DNA from: Pseudomonadota bacterium
GTDB lineage: Bacteria > Pseudomonadota > Gammaproteobacteria > Acidiferrobacterales > UBA6901
DNA length: 64,000 bases
Direction of reading: 5' to 3'
NCBI GenBank assembly: GCA_027364845.1
Contig: DAHXOO010000008.1
Location: forward strand, 121 to 64,120
Shown: positions 40,141 through 50,880 of the stretch, in pieces
Layout: each line of letters starts with the position of its first letter
Position numbering within the stretch: position 1 is the first letter of the stretch
The notes under the pieces: model-generated
Databases searched by the model: none
What the model was told of the DNA's origin: nothing
The model's input: only the letters and a program-made list of their open reading frames with translations
Position numbers and translations under genes: made by a program

Positions 40141-40815
40141 CTATTTGCGGCGAGCAGTAGGCCTGCGCGCATGCTTCATCGACTGACGCGCGGCTTTTTT
40201 CTTATTGGCTTTAGTGGCTTTAGTAGGCTTAGCAGCCTTCTTGGTAGCCCTGGTGACCTTCTTCTTGACCGGCTTCTTGGCTGCGGCAACTGCCGTCTTC
40301 TTCGCAGTACCGGCAGGCGGTTTCTTGGCGCTCAGGCCGGTTCCGGACGCGCGTTTGGAACTCTTCGTATCTGCCAAGCGGATTGACTTTACCCGTTCAG
40401 ACACAGAGTTCAGGTAGATGTGGTGGGTGTTCATGTGTTCAACGGCGGACCGTGCCCTGTCAGGCCCGGTTTCGCCCGGGCCGAGCTGGCGGTAGGCCAT
40501 CTCGATCATGCTGTCCTCATACGCGCAGAAACGTGCGACCTCAGGTCCGACAATGGTGCACAACTGATGCATCTGCTCGCCCGCCCTGAGGTTGATCTCA
40601 TGCAACCTCTTGGCGCGTTCGGGTCCTATCCAGCTCACTAGCGTCCAGTGGTTGCCTGCGGCACCAGGGTTTTCGAGATAGCGTTGCCAGACTTCGCTCG
40701 CCTCATCGCAGGTGACCGCAAGTGTGTCGAGGCAGCTTAGAACGAGCTCCCGATCTTTGGAGCGCGCTCGTCCCCACCCTTCAATAAGAACTACTGCTTC
40801 CTCAAGACTTCTCAT
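40141..40815 (-). CDS. hypothetical protein with histone H1-like Lys/Ala-rich C-terminal tail
   Basis: ORF 40141-40842; ~150 aa globular N-terminus followed by 'SAKKPPAGTAKKTAVAAAKKPVKKKVTRATKKAAKPTKATKANKKKAARQSMKHARRPTARRK'. Confidence 0.75.
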   Translation of the reverse strand: MRSLEEAVVLIEGWGRARSKDRELVLSCLDTLAVTCDEASEVWQRYLENPGAAGNHWTLVSWIGPERAKRLHEINLRAGEQMHQLCTIVGPEVARFCAYEDSMIEMAYRQLGPGETGPDRARSAVEHMNTHHIYLNSVSERVKSIRLADTKSSKRASGTGLSAKKPPAGTAKKTAVAAAKKPVKKKVTRATKKAAKPTKATKANKKKAARQSMKHARRPTARRK

Positions 40816-40991
40816 GCCAACCTCCCTCATGCAAACGGCCATAATTGGCGCTCGATTTATTCATCATACGGACGGCGCCATCTCGTAGCAATATGGCTTG
40901 GCTCATTCCGACGCTATGCAAAACTCCGGCGGAATTGTTACCATCAAAAATTACGGCGCATCGTGATGTTCCGGAGTCAGAACGACGCATG

Positions 40992-42089
40992 ACCGAAATC
41001 GAGATCGCGCCATGGTCAGAGTTAATCCAAACTCTGCAGCCTATCGCATCACTAAGCATCCTACGCGTCGAAGAGCTGAGGCCATTGTTCCGCATTGAAC
41101 GCATTCCTGCGGGCATGACCTTGTTCCAAGAGGGGAGGATAGATCATCAGGCCATCTACCTGCTGCGCGGTGAAATGGTCCTGAGCAGCGCGAGAGATGA
41201 GGAAAACTGCTTGCTGGTGGCACCGGACACAACCGGCACACCAGCAATGGCGATCTGTCCGATTGTGGACAAGCAGCCACGCCAACTATCCGCCATGGCG
41301 GTGACTGATCTTGAGATCCTGCGAATCGACAGCGAACTTCTTGATATCGTCGTCACATGGGACACCCTCGCCGGCTGTTTCGCCGCTCCGGGACCGAATT
41401 GCCGCGGCGGGATCCCTGGTGGCGCGACGGACTGGATGAGCATGGTCCGGCAATGTCTGGTTTTTAGGCATATTCCCCCTTCCAACTTCGATTCTTTGGG
41501 CATGCAGCTGGAAATGGTCACGGTGCGAGCGGGACAGGTCGTGGCACGCGAGGGCGAGCATGCCGACGATTACTATCTCGTCGAGAGCGGTACGGCCGTC
41601 ATGACACGCGAAACTGACGGAAATGGCCCGGCCGATAGCACAACGCTAGGCCCCGGTGCAGGATTCGGTGAGGAAAGCCTGCAAGGCGAGGACCGATGGC
41701 ATTCCAGCGTTACGATGGAAACACGTGGCACACTGTTGCGGCTTACGCGTCAGCGTTTCCTCGCCCTCAGACACGAACCGCCACTTAGCTGGTTAACGCC
41801 GTCCCAGGCAATGTCGATGGCGGAATCCCGCGACGTCATCTGGCTCGATGTTCGTGGGCTGGAAGAGGCGCCGGATTCGCTGTTGCCCGGCGCCTATCGC
41901 CTGCCCCTGGGTACGCTATGCCAGGCGGCCAATGATCTTGAACCGGATAACACATACATTTGCTACTGCAATACCGGTCGACGCAGCTCCGCAGCGGCAC
42001 ATCTTCTTGGTCAACGCGGCCTACGCGCGCATGTACTCGCAGGAGGACTGCGGGCCGCGCCCGCTGGATTTGGGGGCAGCGCGCCGTAG
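40992..42089 (+). CDS. cyclic nucleotide-binding domain (x2) - rhodanese fusion protein
   Basis: ORF 40845-42089, likely start MTEIEIAPWSEL; two cNMP-binding-like domains (IPAGMTLFQEG..., VRAGQVVAREGEHADDYYLVESGTAVM), then rhodanese 'VIWLDVRGLEEAPDSLLPGAYRLP ... YICYCNTGRRSSAAAHLL'. Confidence 0.85.
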   Translation, partial: TEIEIAPWSELIQTLQPIASLSILRVEELRPLFRIERIPAGMTLFQEGRIDHQAIYLLRGEMVLSSARDEENCLLVAPDTTGTPAMAICPIVDKQPRQLSAMAVTDLEILRIDSELLDIVVTWDTLAGCFAAPGPNCRGGIPGGATDWMSMVRQCLVFRHIPPSNFDSLGMQLEMVTVRAGQVVAREGEHADDYYLVESGTAVMTRETDGNGPADSTTLGPGAGFGEESLQGEDRWHSSVTMETRGTLLRLTRQRFLALRHEPPLSWLTPSQAMSMAESRDVIWLDVRGLEEAPDSLLPGAYRLPLGTLCQAANDLEPDNTYICYCNTGRRSSAAAHLLGQRGLRAHVLAGGLRAAPAGFGGSAP

Positions 42090-42277
42090 TAGACTCCCCG
42101 TATGGGACCTTTTCAACGCGAGATGTTCCGGCCGCATGATGCGCTCTGGAATCGATGTGGACATTCCGACCATCGGTCCAAGTGCACCGGAGATTGCTGA
42201 CACGCTGCGGTACGGCGCGTTTTCACGGCCATCCCGGTGCCACCGGGAAATCGTAAACTGGATCGTGGTCGAAGAGC

Positions 42278-42532
42278 ATGACTGACTTGAATAATGCCGA
42301 CACCGACTATAGCCCGATTTCCTGCGCAAGCTACGACGTATTCGAGATCGCCATCCTTCATCGCGCGTGTCTACACCTGACGTGGGTCGAGGACAATGTC
42401 CTGCATGACCAAATCGTGACGCCGCTCGACATCGAAACGGCAAACCACCAGGAGTTTCTGATTGTGCAGATGTCCACGGGACAAACACTGCGCCTGCGAC
42501 TTGACCGGATCCGAAAAGCTCGCCCCGCGTGA
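42278..42532 (+). CDS. Rho-binding antiterminator-like protein (Rof family)
   Basis: 84 aa; 'YSPISCASYDVFEIAILHRACLHLTWVEDNVLHDQIVTPLDIETANHQEFLIVQMSTGQTLRLRLDRI' resembles E. coli Rof/YaeO layout. Confidence 0.75.
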   Translation: MTDLNNADTDYSPISCASYDVFEIAILHRACLHLTWVEDNVLHDQIVTPLDIETANHQEFLIVQMSTGQTLRLRLDRIRKARPA

Positions 42533-42809
42533 ATTGTCGTCTTCGCCCGGGATAACAACGGAACAACCGCCGGGACTGCAGGGTATTGCAAAGTACATTC
42601 CACCATGGTTCGCTCCGCCCAGCGGATCATGAAGATCGCGGCAGGCACTGGCTGGCTTGCCAACTTGGGGGCGGGTCGCACCCCAGAGGGGTCGCACGAC
42701 CGGCGCAGCCTATTAGGACCGCACTTGGCACCTGTCGGTCAATGGGAATATAGTGCCGGTTAATTGAACAGTTGATGCTCAGTGTAACGCTATACGGGAG
42801 GAAAAATCC

Positions 42810-43334
42810 GTGATCCGAGATCGCATGCATGTTCGCGAATCTGCTCTTTTGGCGCTATTCTGTACAGCCGCGCTTTCCGGCTGCGCAAGCTTGACCAAAC
42901 CGGTCAGCTCTATCACGATCAACTCCGATCCGCCGGGTGCCCAGGTCTTCGTTTCTGGCAGGAACATTGGAACCACCCCACTTCCAGTGGTACTCGACAA
43001 GGAGTTTCCAAGACATTGGACAGAGCGCATCAGTAGCGATGTCGGTCCGGGCTTTGCGTTTTACCGCCGACTTGCAACCGTCACGATCAAGAAGTCCGGC
43101 TGCAAGCCCTATACCAATCAGTTCACCGGGAAAACTTTGAGGCACGATATAACGGTCACGCTCACGTGCGGACCGCAATACATTCTGGCAGCACCCGCCG
43201 CGCCCGCCACGGCGGCGCCCGAAGGCGCAACGATCGAACAACGCCTACAGGAACTTCAAGAACTCAAGAAAAAGGGACTGATTTCCGATCAGGAGTACCA
43301 CACGCAGCAGCAACGGATATTGAACCAGCTCTAG
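42810..43334 (+). CDS. PEGA-domain lipoprotein with C-terminal SHOCT-like segment
   Basis: Lipobox 'AALSGC'; 'SSITINSDPPGAQVFVSGRNIGTTPLPVVL' PEGA; 'IEQRLQELQELKKKGLISDQEYHTQQQRIL' SHOCT. Confidence 0.85.
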   Translation: MIRDRMHVRESALLALFCTAALSGCASLTKPVSSITINSDPPGAQVFVSGRNIGTTPLPVVLDKEFPRHWTERISSDVGPGFAFYRRLATVTIKKSGCKPYTNQFTGKTLRHDITVTLTCGPQYILAAPAAPATAAPEGATIEQRLQELQELKKKGLISDQEYHTQQQRILNQL

Positions 43335-44031
43335 GTTATCTGCTGCAAACTCGACCCGGAGCCTGGGCAGCCGCCAAAGGGGCCAGACACCGCCAATTGG
43401 AGCACGCGCAATGGCAAGACGCGCTTCCTCCAGGACCGGTGGTGGTACTCGCAGAAAACCTTCATTTGCTTCCGGCACGCGGCCCAGCGCTGAACCTTGG
43501 CTATGGCCTTGCAACCAATGTCATGCTGTTCACGCATCACGGACTCGAACGTACGCCTGAGACAACAGCAAGCGGCGATCACCTTGGGGCGCCTGCTCGC
43601 TGCGCTGCAGTTGCAGGTCTGCCGCGAGGAGCCCGTGCCTGGTGACGTTACGTGCAGGCTGCACAATCAGGCGATGCTGGTGGCGCAATCGCCGGACAGT
43701 GTGGACACCCTGACATCGAAGGCAGGGCACCGTGCATAGCTAGGCAACGCCGACAAGCCTGGTCGGCTGGCCCAACCGCCAATCCCGAAGAAGTGCACCG
43801 CGCCCAGGAACCCCTTATAATGCCGGCCTGTCCGGGGCAGTTAGAACACCGGGCGCGCTGGAACAATGCGCAGCAGGTCTTCGGATGGTAAGCGCCCGAA
43901 TGGCCGGGAATCATTCGTTCCCAAAAATGGGGATTTGGAACAACAGCGGCCAAGCAGGTTACAATTCGCAACTTCGCGCCTGCGCAGCGCCGATCCGGGC
44001 TCCTTCAAACCGAAACCACAGCAGAACTCTA

Positions 44032-45153
44032 ATGAAAGTCGGCATACCAATTGAAGTTATGGAGGGCGAAACGCGCGTCGCCGCCACTCCGGAGATGGTG
44101 AAGAAACTGTGTGCCCTCGGCCTCTCGGTGCTGGTACAGAAGAATGCCGGGATTGCCTCGCATTTTACTGATGACGCCTACCACCGTGCTGGTGCTGAGG
44201 TCGTCGACAATGCACAGGCTTTGGGCGCAGATATCGTGTTCAAGGTACGAAAACCCAACAGCGACGAAATTGGACGCATGAAGAATGGTGCGGTGCTGTT
44301 AAGCATGATGGACCTATGTCACAGCGACAGCACCCTGGACCAGCTGGCCGCCACTGGCGTCGACTCCTTCGCCCTGGAACTGATCCCGCGCATCTCTCGC
44401 GCCCAGGCCATGGACGTGCTGTCGTCGCAGTCCAACATTGCCGGCTACCGTGCGGTACTTGAGGCCGCACGTCTCTATGGTCGGTTCTTTCCGATGATGA
44501 TGACTTCGGCCGGATCCGCAAAGCCAACGCGTGTGGTGGTGCTGGGCGCGGGCGTTGCCGGACTGCAGGCGATCGCCACCGCACGCCGGCTAGGCGCGCA
44601 GGTCGCGGCCTACGATGTGCGCCCCGAGGTCAAAGAGCAGATTATGTCCCTGGGCGCCAAGTTCATCGAGTTCGACCTGGGAGAATCCGGGGCAGGTACC
44701 GGCGGATATGCCCGGCAGCTGTCTGCTGAGGCACAGAGCAAGCAGCAGCAGCTGCTCACCGATGAGTTGAAGAAAGCGGACGTAATCATCTCCACCGCCC
44801 TTATTCCATGCAAACCGGCTCCGGTGTTGGTCACTGAACAGGCGGTCGAAGGAATGAACCAAGGGTCGGTGATCATCGATATGGCAGCCGCCACTGGCGG
44901 CAACTGCCCGCTCACCGAAGCGAACAAGACGGTCATCAAGCACGGAGTCATTCTATGCGGCATCACAAACTTTCCGGCACTCATGCCGGGTGACGCCAGC
45001 GCATTCTATTCGCGCAACATATTCAACTTCATATCGCTCCTGATCGTCACGACCGATGGTCAGTTGCAGATGAAAGACTATTTGGAAGACGAGATTACCG
45101 CGAGTTCGCTGGTCACTTACAAGGGAACAGTGCGCTTCAAAGATAAGAAATAG
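44032..45153 (+). CDS. pntAA: NAD(P) transhydrogenase alpha subunit part 1
   Basis: 373 aa from [26 protein letters not shown]; '[36 protein letters not shown]'. Confidence 0.95.
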   Translation: MKVGIPIEVMEGETRVAATPEMVKKLCALGLSVLVQKNAGIASHFTDDAYHRAGAEVVDNAQALGADIVFKVRKPNSDEIGRMKNGAVLLSMMDLCHSDSTLDQLAATGVDSFALELIPRISRAQAMDVLSSQSNIAGYRAVLEAARLYGRFFPMMMTSAGSAKPTRVVVLGAGVAGLQAIATARRLGAQVAAYDVRPEVKEQIMSLGAKFIEFDLGESGAGTGGYARQLSAEAQSKQQQLLTDELKKADVIISTALIPCKPAPVLVTEQAVEGMNQGSVIIDMAAATGGNCPLTEANKTVIKHGVILCGITNFPALMPGDASAFYSRNIFNFISLLIVTTDGQLQMKDYLEDEITASSLVTYKGTVRFKDKK

Positions 45154-45167
45154 GAAAGGGGAAATTT

Positions 45168-45452
45168 ATGTCAGCAACCATGATCGCGCTGTATGTTTTC
45201 GTACTCGCCTGCTTCATTGGCTACTGGGTCATCTGGGGGGTGACGCCATCCCTGCACACTCCCCTGCTCTCGCTGACCAACGCAATTTCCGGAATCATCA
45301 TCGTCGGCGCCATTCTGGTTGCCGGATTCGGTCAGGGCGGCGGGCCCGCGGGAATCATCGGGTTCATAGCAGTCACCCTCGCATCCATCAACATCTTTGG
45401 CGGCTTCGTTGTTACGCAGCGTATGCTTGCCATGTTCAAGAAAAAGAAATAA
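45168..45452 (+). CDS. pntAB: NAD(P) transhydrogenase alpha subunit part 2
   Basis: 94 aa membrane protein; '[33 protein letters not shown]', '[16 protein letters not shown]'. Confidence 0.95.
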   Translation: MSATMIALYVFVLACFIGYWVIWGVTPSLHTPLLSLTNAISGIIIVGAILVAGFGQGGGPAGIIGFIAVTLASINIFGGFVVTQRMLAMFKKKK

Positions 45453-45464
45453 GGGGCTGCAGGC

Positions 45465-46859
45465 ATGCAATTGACCGGCAACTATCTGGCGCTTGCCTAC
45501 CTCGTTTCCGCGACGCTGTTCATATTGGGTCTAAAAAGCCTCACTCATCCGGCAAGCGCTCGGCGCGGGAACTACTATGCGATGTTCGGCATGCTGTTGG
45601 CGATTGCGGCCACCGCGTTCAATCCTGCTATCCGTTCATATGATTTCATCGTCGCCGGGATCGTGCTCGGGGCAGCGATCGGCACTCTGATAGCACTTAA
45701 AATCCGGATGACTGCAATGCCACAGCTGGTTGCTGCACTGCACAGCTTCGTCGGTCTTACTGCAGTCCTGGTGGCGGTGGGCACCTACCTCACGCACCGC
45801 GCCCAGGGCACGCTGAATACAGTACTGATGGCAGAGCTGTTCGTCGGCGCATTCATCGGTGCCATCACCTTCACCGGCTCGCTGGTGGCCTTCGGCAAGC
45901 TGCAGGGCATCATCACCGGCAGGCCGCTCATCTTCGCAGGGCAGCATATTCTCAATATGATGATTGCCCTAGTGATGTTAGGTTTCGGTGTCGATTTTCT
46001 CCTGCACAACCAGTTCGGCGCGCTTCTCATACTGATCGCGCTGGCGCTGACGCTCGGCGTCCTGCTGATCGTTCCAATCGGTGGCGCCGACATGCCTGTG
46101 GTAGTGTCCATGCTGAATTCCTATTCCGGCTGGGCGGCAGCCGCCACTGGTTTCACCCTAGGCAACAACCTGCTTATCATTACCGGAGCGCTCGTGGGTT
46201 TCTCAGGAGCCATCCTGTCATACATCATGTCGAAGGCCATGAATCGGTCCATCGGCAGCATCATCCTGGGCGGCTTCGGAGGCGGCGAAAGCACAGCCGG
46301 CACGGGGGCAGTCACGGCCGCCGCCAAGGGCATCAAGACCGCTGCGGTTGAAGACGCGGTATTTTTGATGGCCAACGCAAGCAAGGTTATTATCGTTCCC
46401 GGCTACGGAATGGCCGTAGCCCAGGCGCAGCATGCTCTTAAGGAACTCGTGGATATACTGGAGAGCAAGGGCGTCACGGTCCACTTCGCGATCCATCCTG
46501 TTGCAGGCAGGATGCCGGGCCACATGAATGTGCTACTCGCCGAGGCGGACGTTCCATACGACCATGTTTTCGAGATGGAAGAGATCAATCCTGAGTTCAC
46601 CACCGCCGACGTCGCACTTGTGGTCGGGGCCAACGACGTGACTAATCCGGCGGCCAAGAGCGACAAATCGAGTCCGATCTACGGGATGCCTATCCTCGAC
46701 GTTTATAAGGCACGCCAGATATTCTTCATCAAGCGCAGCATGAACCCCGGCTACTCCGGGGTGGAAAACCAGTTGTTCTACCAGGATAACTGTTCGCTTG
46801 TTTTTGGTGATGCCAAAAAGGTCTGTGAAAAAATGGTGGTGGAGCTGAAGGCTGCCTGA
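45465..46859 (+). CDS. pntB: NAD(P) transhydrogenase beta subunit
   Basis: 464 aa; 'ADMPVVVSMLNSYSGWAAAATGFTLGNNLLIITGALVG', 'YGMAVAQAQHALKEL', 'NPGYSGVENQLFY'. Confidence 0.97.
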   Translation: MQLTGNYLALAYLVSATLFILGLKSLTHPASARRGNYYAMFGMLLAIAATAFNPAIRSYDFIVAGIVLGAAIGTLIALKIRMTAMPQLVAALHSFVGLTAVLVAVGTYLTHRAQGTLNTVLMAELFVGAFIGAITFTGSLVAFGKLQGIITGRPLIFAGQHILNMMIALVMLGFGVDFLLHNQFGALLILIALALTLGVLLIVPIGGADMPVVVSMLNSYSGWAAAATGFTLGNNLLIITGALVGFSGAILSYIMSKAMNRSIGSIILGGFGGGESTAGTGAVTAAAKGIKTAAVEDAVFLMANASKVIIVPGYGMAVAQAQHALKELVDILESKGVTVHFAIHPVAGRMPGHMNVLLAEADVPYDHVFEMEEINPEFTTADVALVVGANDVTNPAAKSDKSSPIYGMPILDVYKARQIFFIKRSMNPGYSGVENQLFYQDNCSLVFGDAKKVCEKMVVELKAA

Positions 46860-46904
46860 GGGACAACCCTCGGCTACCCAACACCTACGCGGCCGCTTAA
46901 CGCT

Positions 46905-47606
46905 CTAGCTGGAACGCCGGAAGATCAACTCCCATACGCCGTGTCCGAGCCGCTGCCCGCGGCGCTCGAACTTGGTGAAGGGACGGTACTGGGGACGCGG
47001 CGCGTAACAGCCCGGACCAGCACTGTTCTCGAAACCCGATGCCTGGGTCATTATGGCCATCATGTGCTGCGCATAGGGTTCCCAGTCGGTCGCCATGTGC
47101 AAATAACCACCGACGACAATCTTGCAACGCAAGATCTCCACGAACTCCGACTGCACTAGGCGCCGCTTATGGTGACGGGTCTTCGGCCAGGGATCCGGAA
47201 AGAACAGATGCACACCATACAGCCGTGCGTCTTGGATCTTGTTCACCAGAACGGAGCCCGCGTCGTCGCATATCACCCGTACGTTCGCGATGTCTTGCGC
47301 TTCGAGTGTCCGCAGTAGACGGCCGACTCCCGGGCGGTGGATTTCCACTCCCAGATAGTCCTGCTCTGAATGAGACGCCGCCATGGCGCACAGGGATTGT
47401 CCATCGCCAAAACCGATCTCAAGAATCACCGGCGCTTGGCGGCCGAAAATCGCGCCAAAATCGAGCTGTGCGTCGCTTTCCGCCACGCCGAAGCGTGGCC
47501 ACAGCTCTGCCAGCGCGCGGCGCTGAGCCACCGTGATGCGGCCCTCGCGGCGCACGTAGCTGCGGATTTGGCGCAATGGCCCATGCGGCGCACGCACGCC
47601 GCTCAT
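46905..47606 (-). CDS. trmB: tRNA (guanine-N7-)-methyltransferase
   Basis: ORF 46905-47696, likely start MSGVRAPHG; 'EIGFGDGQSLCAMA', 'FFPDPWPKTRHHKRRLVQ'. Confidence 0.95.
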   Translation of the reverse strand: MSGVRAPHGPLRQIRSYVRREGRITVAQRRALAELWPRFGVAESDAQLDFGAIFGRQAPVILEIGFGDGQSLCAMAASHSEQDYLGVEIHRPGVGRLLRTLEAQDIANVRVICDDAGSVLVNKIQDARLYGVHLFFPDPWPKTRHHKRRLVQSEFVEILRCKIVVGGYLHMATDWEPYAQHMMAIMTQASGFENSAGPGCYAPRPQYRPFTKFERRGQRLGHGVWELIFRRSS

Positions 47607-47655
47607 CGTGAACTCCTCAAGCCGAGGGGGCCCGGGACGCTCAGAAACAGGAGGC

Positions 47656-48474
47656 CTAGAAGAAACTGCCGTCGACAGGCGATGAGGCCGTGGCATAAGG
47701 CTTGCGCGGCATACGCCCGGCGAGATAAGCGTCGCGTCCGGCCTCTACCGCCTTTTTCATGGCCGCCGCCATAAGCACTGGATTCCTTGCCGCGGCAATG
47801 GCGGTATTCATCAGGACGCCATCGCAGCCAAGCTCCATGGCTACCGCGGCATCACTCGCAGTACCGACCCCTGCATCCACCAGAATCGGGACCCGCGCGT
47901 TTTCAACGATGAGGCGGATATTGTACGGATTGCGAATGCCGAGACCGGATCCTATCGGTGCGGCCAGCGGCATGACTGCCACGCATCCGAGCTCTTCGAA
48001 GCGTTTGGCCATTACCGGATCGTCTGTGGTGTAAACCATCACCTTGAAGCCTTCTTTCACGAGCGTTTCCGCAGCGCTCAGTGTCTTGGGGATGTCCGGA
48101 AACAGCGTCTTCTCATCGCCCAACACCTCCAGCTTGACCAGATCGTGCCCGTCGAGCAGTTCGCGCGCCAGCCGGCAAGTGCGCACGGCATCTTCAGCGC
48201 TGTAGCAGCCCGCCGTATTGGGTAGCAGCGTATAAATTTTCGGAGACAAGATCTCAAGAAGATTCGGCTCCTTCGGGTTCTGGCCGATGTTGGTGCGGCG
48301 TATTGCAACCGTCACGATCTCGGCACCGCTTGCCTCGACGGCACGGCGTGTCTCCTCCAGATCCCGGTACTTGCCGGTACCCACGAGCAGCCGCGAACGA
48401 TATTCTTGCCCGGCAATGGTCAGAACATCGCGCACGCCGGTCTCCTCACTGGATTTTGATGCCGGGGCCGTCAT
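47656..48474 (-). CDS. thiG: thiazole synthase
   Basis: 272 aa; '[10 protein letters not shown]', '[25 protein letters not shown]', '[28 protein letters not shown]'. Confidence 0.97.
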   Translation of the reverse strand: MTAPASKSSEETGVRDVLTIAGQEYRSRLLVGTGKYRDLEETRRAVEASGAEIVTVAIRRTNIGQNPKEPNLLEILSPKIYTLLPNTAGCYSAEDAVRTCRLARELLDGHDLVKLEVLGDEKTLFPDIPKTLSAAETLVKEGFKVMVYTTDDPVMAKRFEELGCVAVMPLAAPIGSGLGIRNPYNIRLIVENARVPILVDAGVGTASDAAVAMELGCDGVLMNTAIAAARNPVLMAAAMKKAVEAGRDAYLAGRMPRKPYATASSPVDGSFF

Positions 48475-48674
48475 CAGCCACCCCCTATTGCGACCACCAC
48501 TTCCACCCGGTCGTTGTCGTTCAGAACGTGTCCAGCATGCTGGCTGCGTGGCACGATCTCACAATTGATCTCAACTGCAACACGCTTGTCCGCCAGGCCC
48601 AGTTCGTGCAGCAATGAAGCCACGCTGGGCGCGGCATTCATGGTCTTTTCACTACCATTCAGCAGGATCTTCAT
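48474..48674 (-). CDS. thiS: sulfur carrier protein ThiS
   Basis: [12 protein letters not shown]...VVVAIGGG; C-terminal GG. Confidence 0.93.
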   Translation of the reverse strand: MKILLNGSEKTMNAAPSVASLLHELGLADKRVAVEINCEIVPRSQHAGHVLNDNDRVEVVVAIGGG

Positions 48675-48781
48675 ACTCCCTTCCGTGGGCACGGCAGAAC
48701 CGCACCCTACTCAAAACATGAGAAACTTTGGTATGCTATTCTATCGCTGGCGGACCGAAAATGCAGCTGGCTCCGCTGCTG

Positions 48782-48855
48782 GCGGGTGTAGTTCAATGGT
48801 AGAATGAAAGCTTCCCAAGCTTTAGACGTGGGTTCGATTCCCATCACCCGCTCCA
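48782..48855 (+). tRNA. tRNA-Gly(CCC)
   Basis: GCGGGTG/CACCCGC acceptor, AAAGC-TTCCCAA-GCTTT anticodon arm, TGGGTTCGATTCCCA T arm, encoded CCA. Confidence 0.97.
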
Positions 48856-48945
48856 TCCTTCGTGCCAGCGCTGCGACCTGGACCGGCGTCCCAGCGGTTC
48901 AACTGTCTTCCCGAAAAAATGCGGTTTCTAGGACTAGGGGGAAGT

Positions 48946-50880
48946 GTGAAAAAAACACTTAAAGTTGTCGGCATCGTGTTCGGGATCTTGATTGTCCTGA
49001 TCATCGTCGGCGCGGTTATCGTGTCGCTGACGTTCAATCCGAACCGTTACAAGGGCGAAATCACGCGTCTCGTGAAGGAACAGACTGGACGCACGCTCAC
49101 CATAGGCGGAAACATCTCGCTCTCTTTCTTTCCCTGGATAGGTGCCGAAGTCAGGTCAGTGTCGCTTTCCAACGCACCCGGGTTCGGCAGCCAGCCGTTT
49201 GCCAAGGTCTCGGAATTGGGCATCAAGGTCAAGCTTTTGCCACTGCTGCGCAAGAAGGTGGAAGTGGACCAGATCATCGTCGACGGCCTCATGCTCAATC
49301 TGGCGAAGGATCGCGCCGGACGTGGAAACTGGCAAGGACTTGCGGGCCAAGGAAAACCTAAGTCTACAGCAGCAGGACCGCCGTCGGTGTCACCGATTGC
49401 AGGTCTGCTCGTCAGCGGTGTCGACGTAAAAAATAGCGAGCTCGTGTGGAACGACGAGCAAAGCGGAAAGCGTTATACGATCCGTAATCTCGACTTCCAG
49501 ACCGGCCAAATTAGTCCCGGGCGCATGACTGACGTGAGCCTCGGCTTCGATCTCAACTCCAGCAGTCCGTCACTCCATACACGCGTGACCCTCAAGGCCC
49601 GGCTTGCCGTCGATCCCGAGAAACAGACGCTGGACTCGCCGTCGGCGTCACTTGAGGCGGCCGGGGTACAAGTCAGACTCATCGACCTTAAAGGCACAAA
49701 GATTCTTGATGCCCCGTCGTTCAGCGGCAAGCTGGATATACCGACCTTCGACGCGCGCGCGCTTTTGGCCCGCCTCGGGATCCAATACGAGCCAAGCGAC
49801 AAGCGTGCCCTAACTAAAGTCGCATTTCGCGGGCCGTTCAGTGCGTCGGCCGCAGCGGTCAGGCTCGGAAATTTCCACCTTGATCTGGATGACAGCGCGC
49901 TGAGCGGTTCATTCGCGCTGGCCAATTTTGCCCACCCCGCTTACCGCTTCAACCTCAGCGTGGACAAATTCGATCTCGATCACTACCTGCCGCGCCCCTC
50001 GACGCCTGCCCCAAAACAGAACACACCGAGCACATCCGGGGCACGGCCGGTTGTGGTTCTGCCACTGGCTGGGTTGCGCACGCTCGACGTAAACGGCATC
50101 GTGCAGGTGCACAAACTCACCGCTACGGGCATCCACTCGAGCGACATCAGTGCCAGTATTCTCGCCAAGAATGGGTTGATCGTGCTGAGTCCGCTACAGG
50201 CGAAACTCTATGGTGGCAGCTACAGAGGCACATTCAGGATCGACGCACGCAGCCGCGTCCCTTCTTTTGCTATGGACGAGAAACTCCAAGGCGTGCAGGT
50301 CGGTCCACTGCTCAGCGACATGCAGGCCTTCAGCCATTTCACGGGAACCGGCAACCTGGCATTCAATCTCGACGCGCACGGACTGACCGCCCAACAAATT
50401 ACTTCGAGCCTTAATGGCCGCGGCTCGTTCTCGCTGCGTAACGGCAAAATAGAAGGGGTAGATTTCCTCAAGATCATCAACCAGACGCGTGCGATCGCTG
50501 AACAGATGCGCGGCAAGTCGGTGGGCGCACAGACCTCCGGCTCCGACAGCACGGTGTTTACCAGCCTTGCTGGAACGGTGCGGGTCGTAAACGGCATCGT
50601 GCGGAACAATGATCTTGTGCTTGATTCTCCAGCGCTCGGTGGGACCGGCAGCGGCAACGCTAACCTGGTGGCGCAGAGCCTGGATTACACGCTCCGCGTG
50701 ACGATAGACCGGGACAATTCGGCGAAACGGATCACGGTACCGGTAGTGATCCGAGGTCCTTTCAGCGCTTTGAGGTACAGCGTCGACTGGAGCGATATTG
50801 TCAAACAGCAGGCGGAGAAGGCGCTAAAGAAAGAACTCAAGAACCAGCTGAATGAGGGCCTGCAACGACTGCTGCGGTAG
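48946..50880 (+). CDS. AsmA family protein
   Basis: GTG start at 48946; TM then 'TLTFNPNRYKGEITRLVKEQTGRTLTIGGNISLSFFPWIGAEVRSVSL...' classic AsmA N-terminus and C-terminal domain. Confidence 0.93.
   Translation: MKKTLKVVGIVFGILIVLIIVGAVIVSLTFNPNRYKGEITRLVKEQTGRTLTIGGNISLSFFPWIGAEVRSVSLSNAPGFGSQPFAKVSELGIKVKLLPLLRKKVEVDQIIVDGLMLNLAKDRAGRGNWQGLAGQGKPKSTAAGPPSVSPIAGLLVSGVDVKNSELVWNDEQSGKRYTIRNLDFQTGQISPGRMTDVSLGFDLNSSSPSLHTRVTLKARLAVDPEKQTLDSPSASLEAAGVQVRLIDLKGTKILDAPSFSGKLDIPTFDARALLARLGIQYEPSDKRALTKVAFRGPFSASAAAVRLGNFHLDLDDSALSGSFALANFAHPAYRFNLSVDKFDLDHYLPRPSTPAPKQNTPSTSGARPVVVLPLAGLRTLDVNGIVQVHKLTATGIHSSDISASILAKNGLIVLSPLQAKLYGGSYRGTFRIDARSRVPSFAMDEKLQGVQVGPLLSDMQAFSHFTGTGNLAFNLDAHGLTAQQITSSLNGRGSFSLRNGKIEGVDFLKIINQTRAIAEQMRGKSVGAQTSGSDSTVFTSLAGTVRVVNGIVRNNDLVLDSPALGGTGSGNANLVAQSLDYTLRVTIDRDNSAKRITVPVVIRGPFSALRYSVDWSDIVKQQAEKALKKELKNQLNEGLQRLLR

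Noticed and set aside
43335-44031. Weak ORFs after the PEGA lipoprotein (43166-43645 tail, 43497-43739, 43331-43666 minus)
   Set aside because: No recognisable domains, overlapping each other on both strands; not supportable as genes.
48675-48781. Possible TPP riboswitch upstream of thiS
   Set aside because: No CUGAGA-type thi box or suitable structure seen in the short region before thiS.
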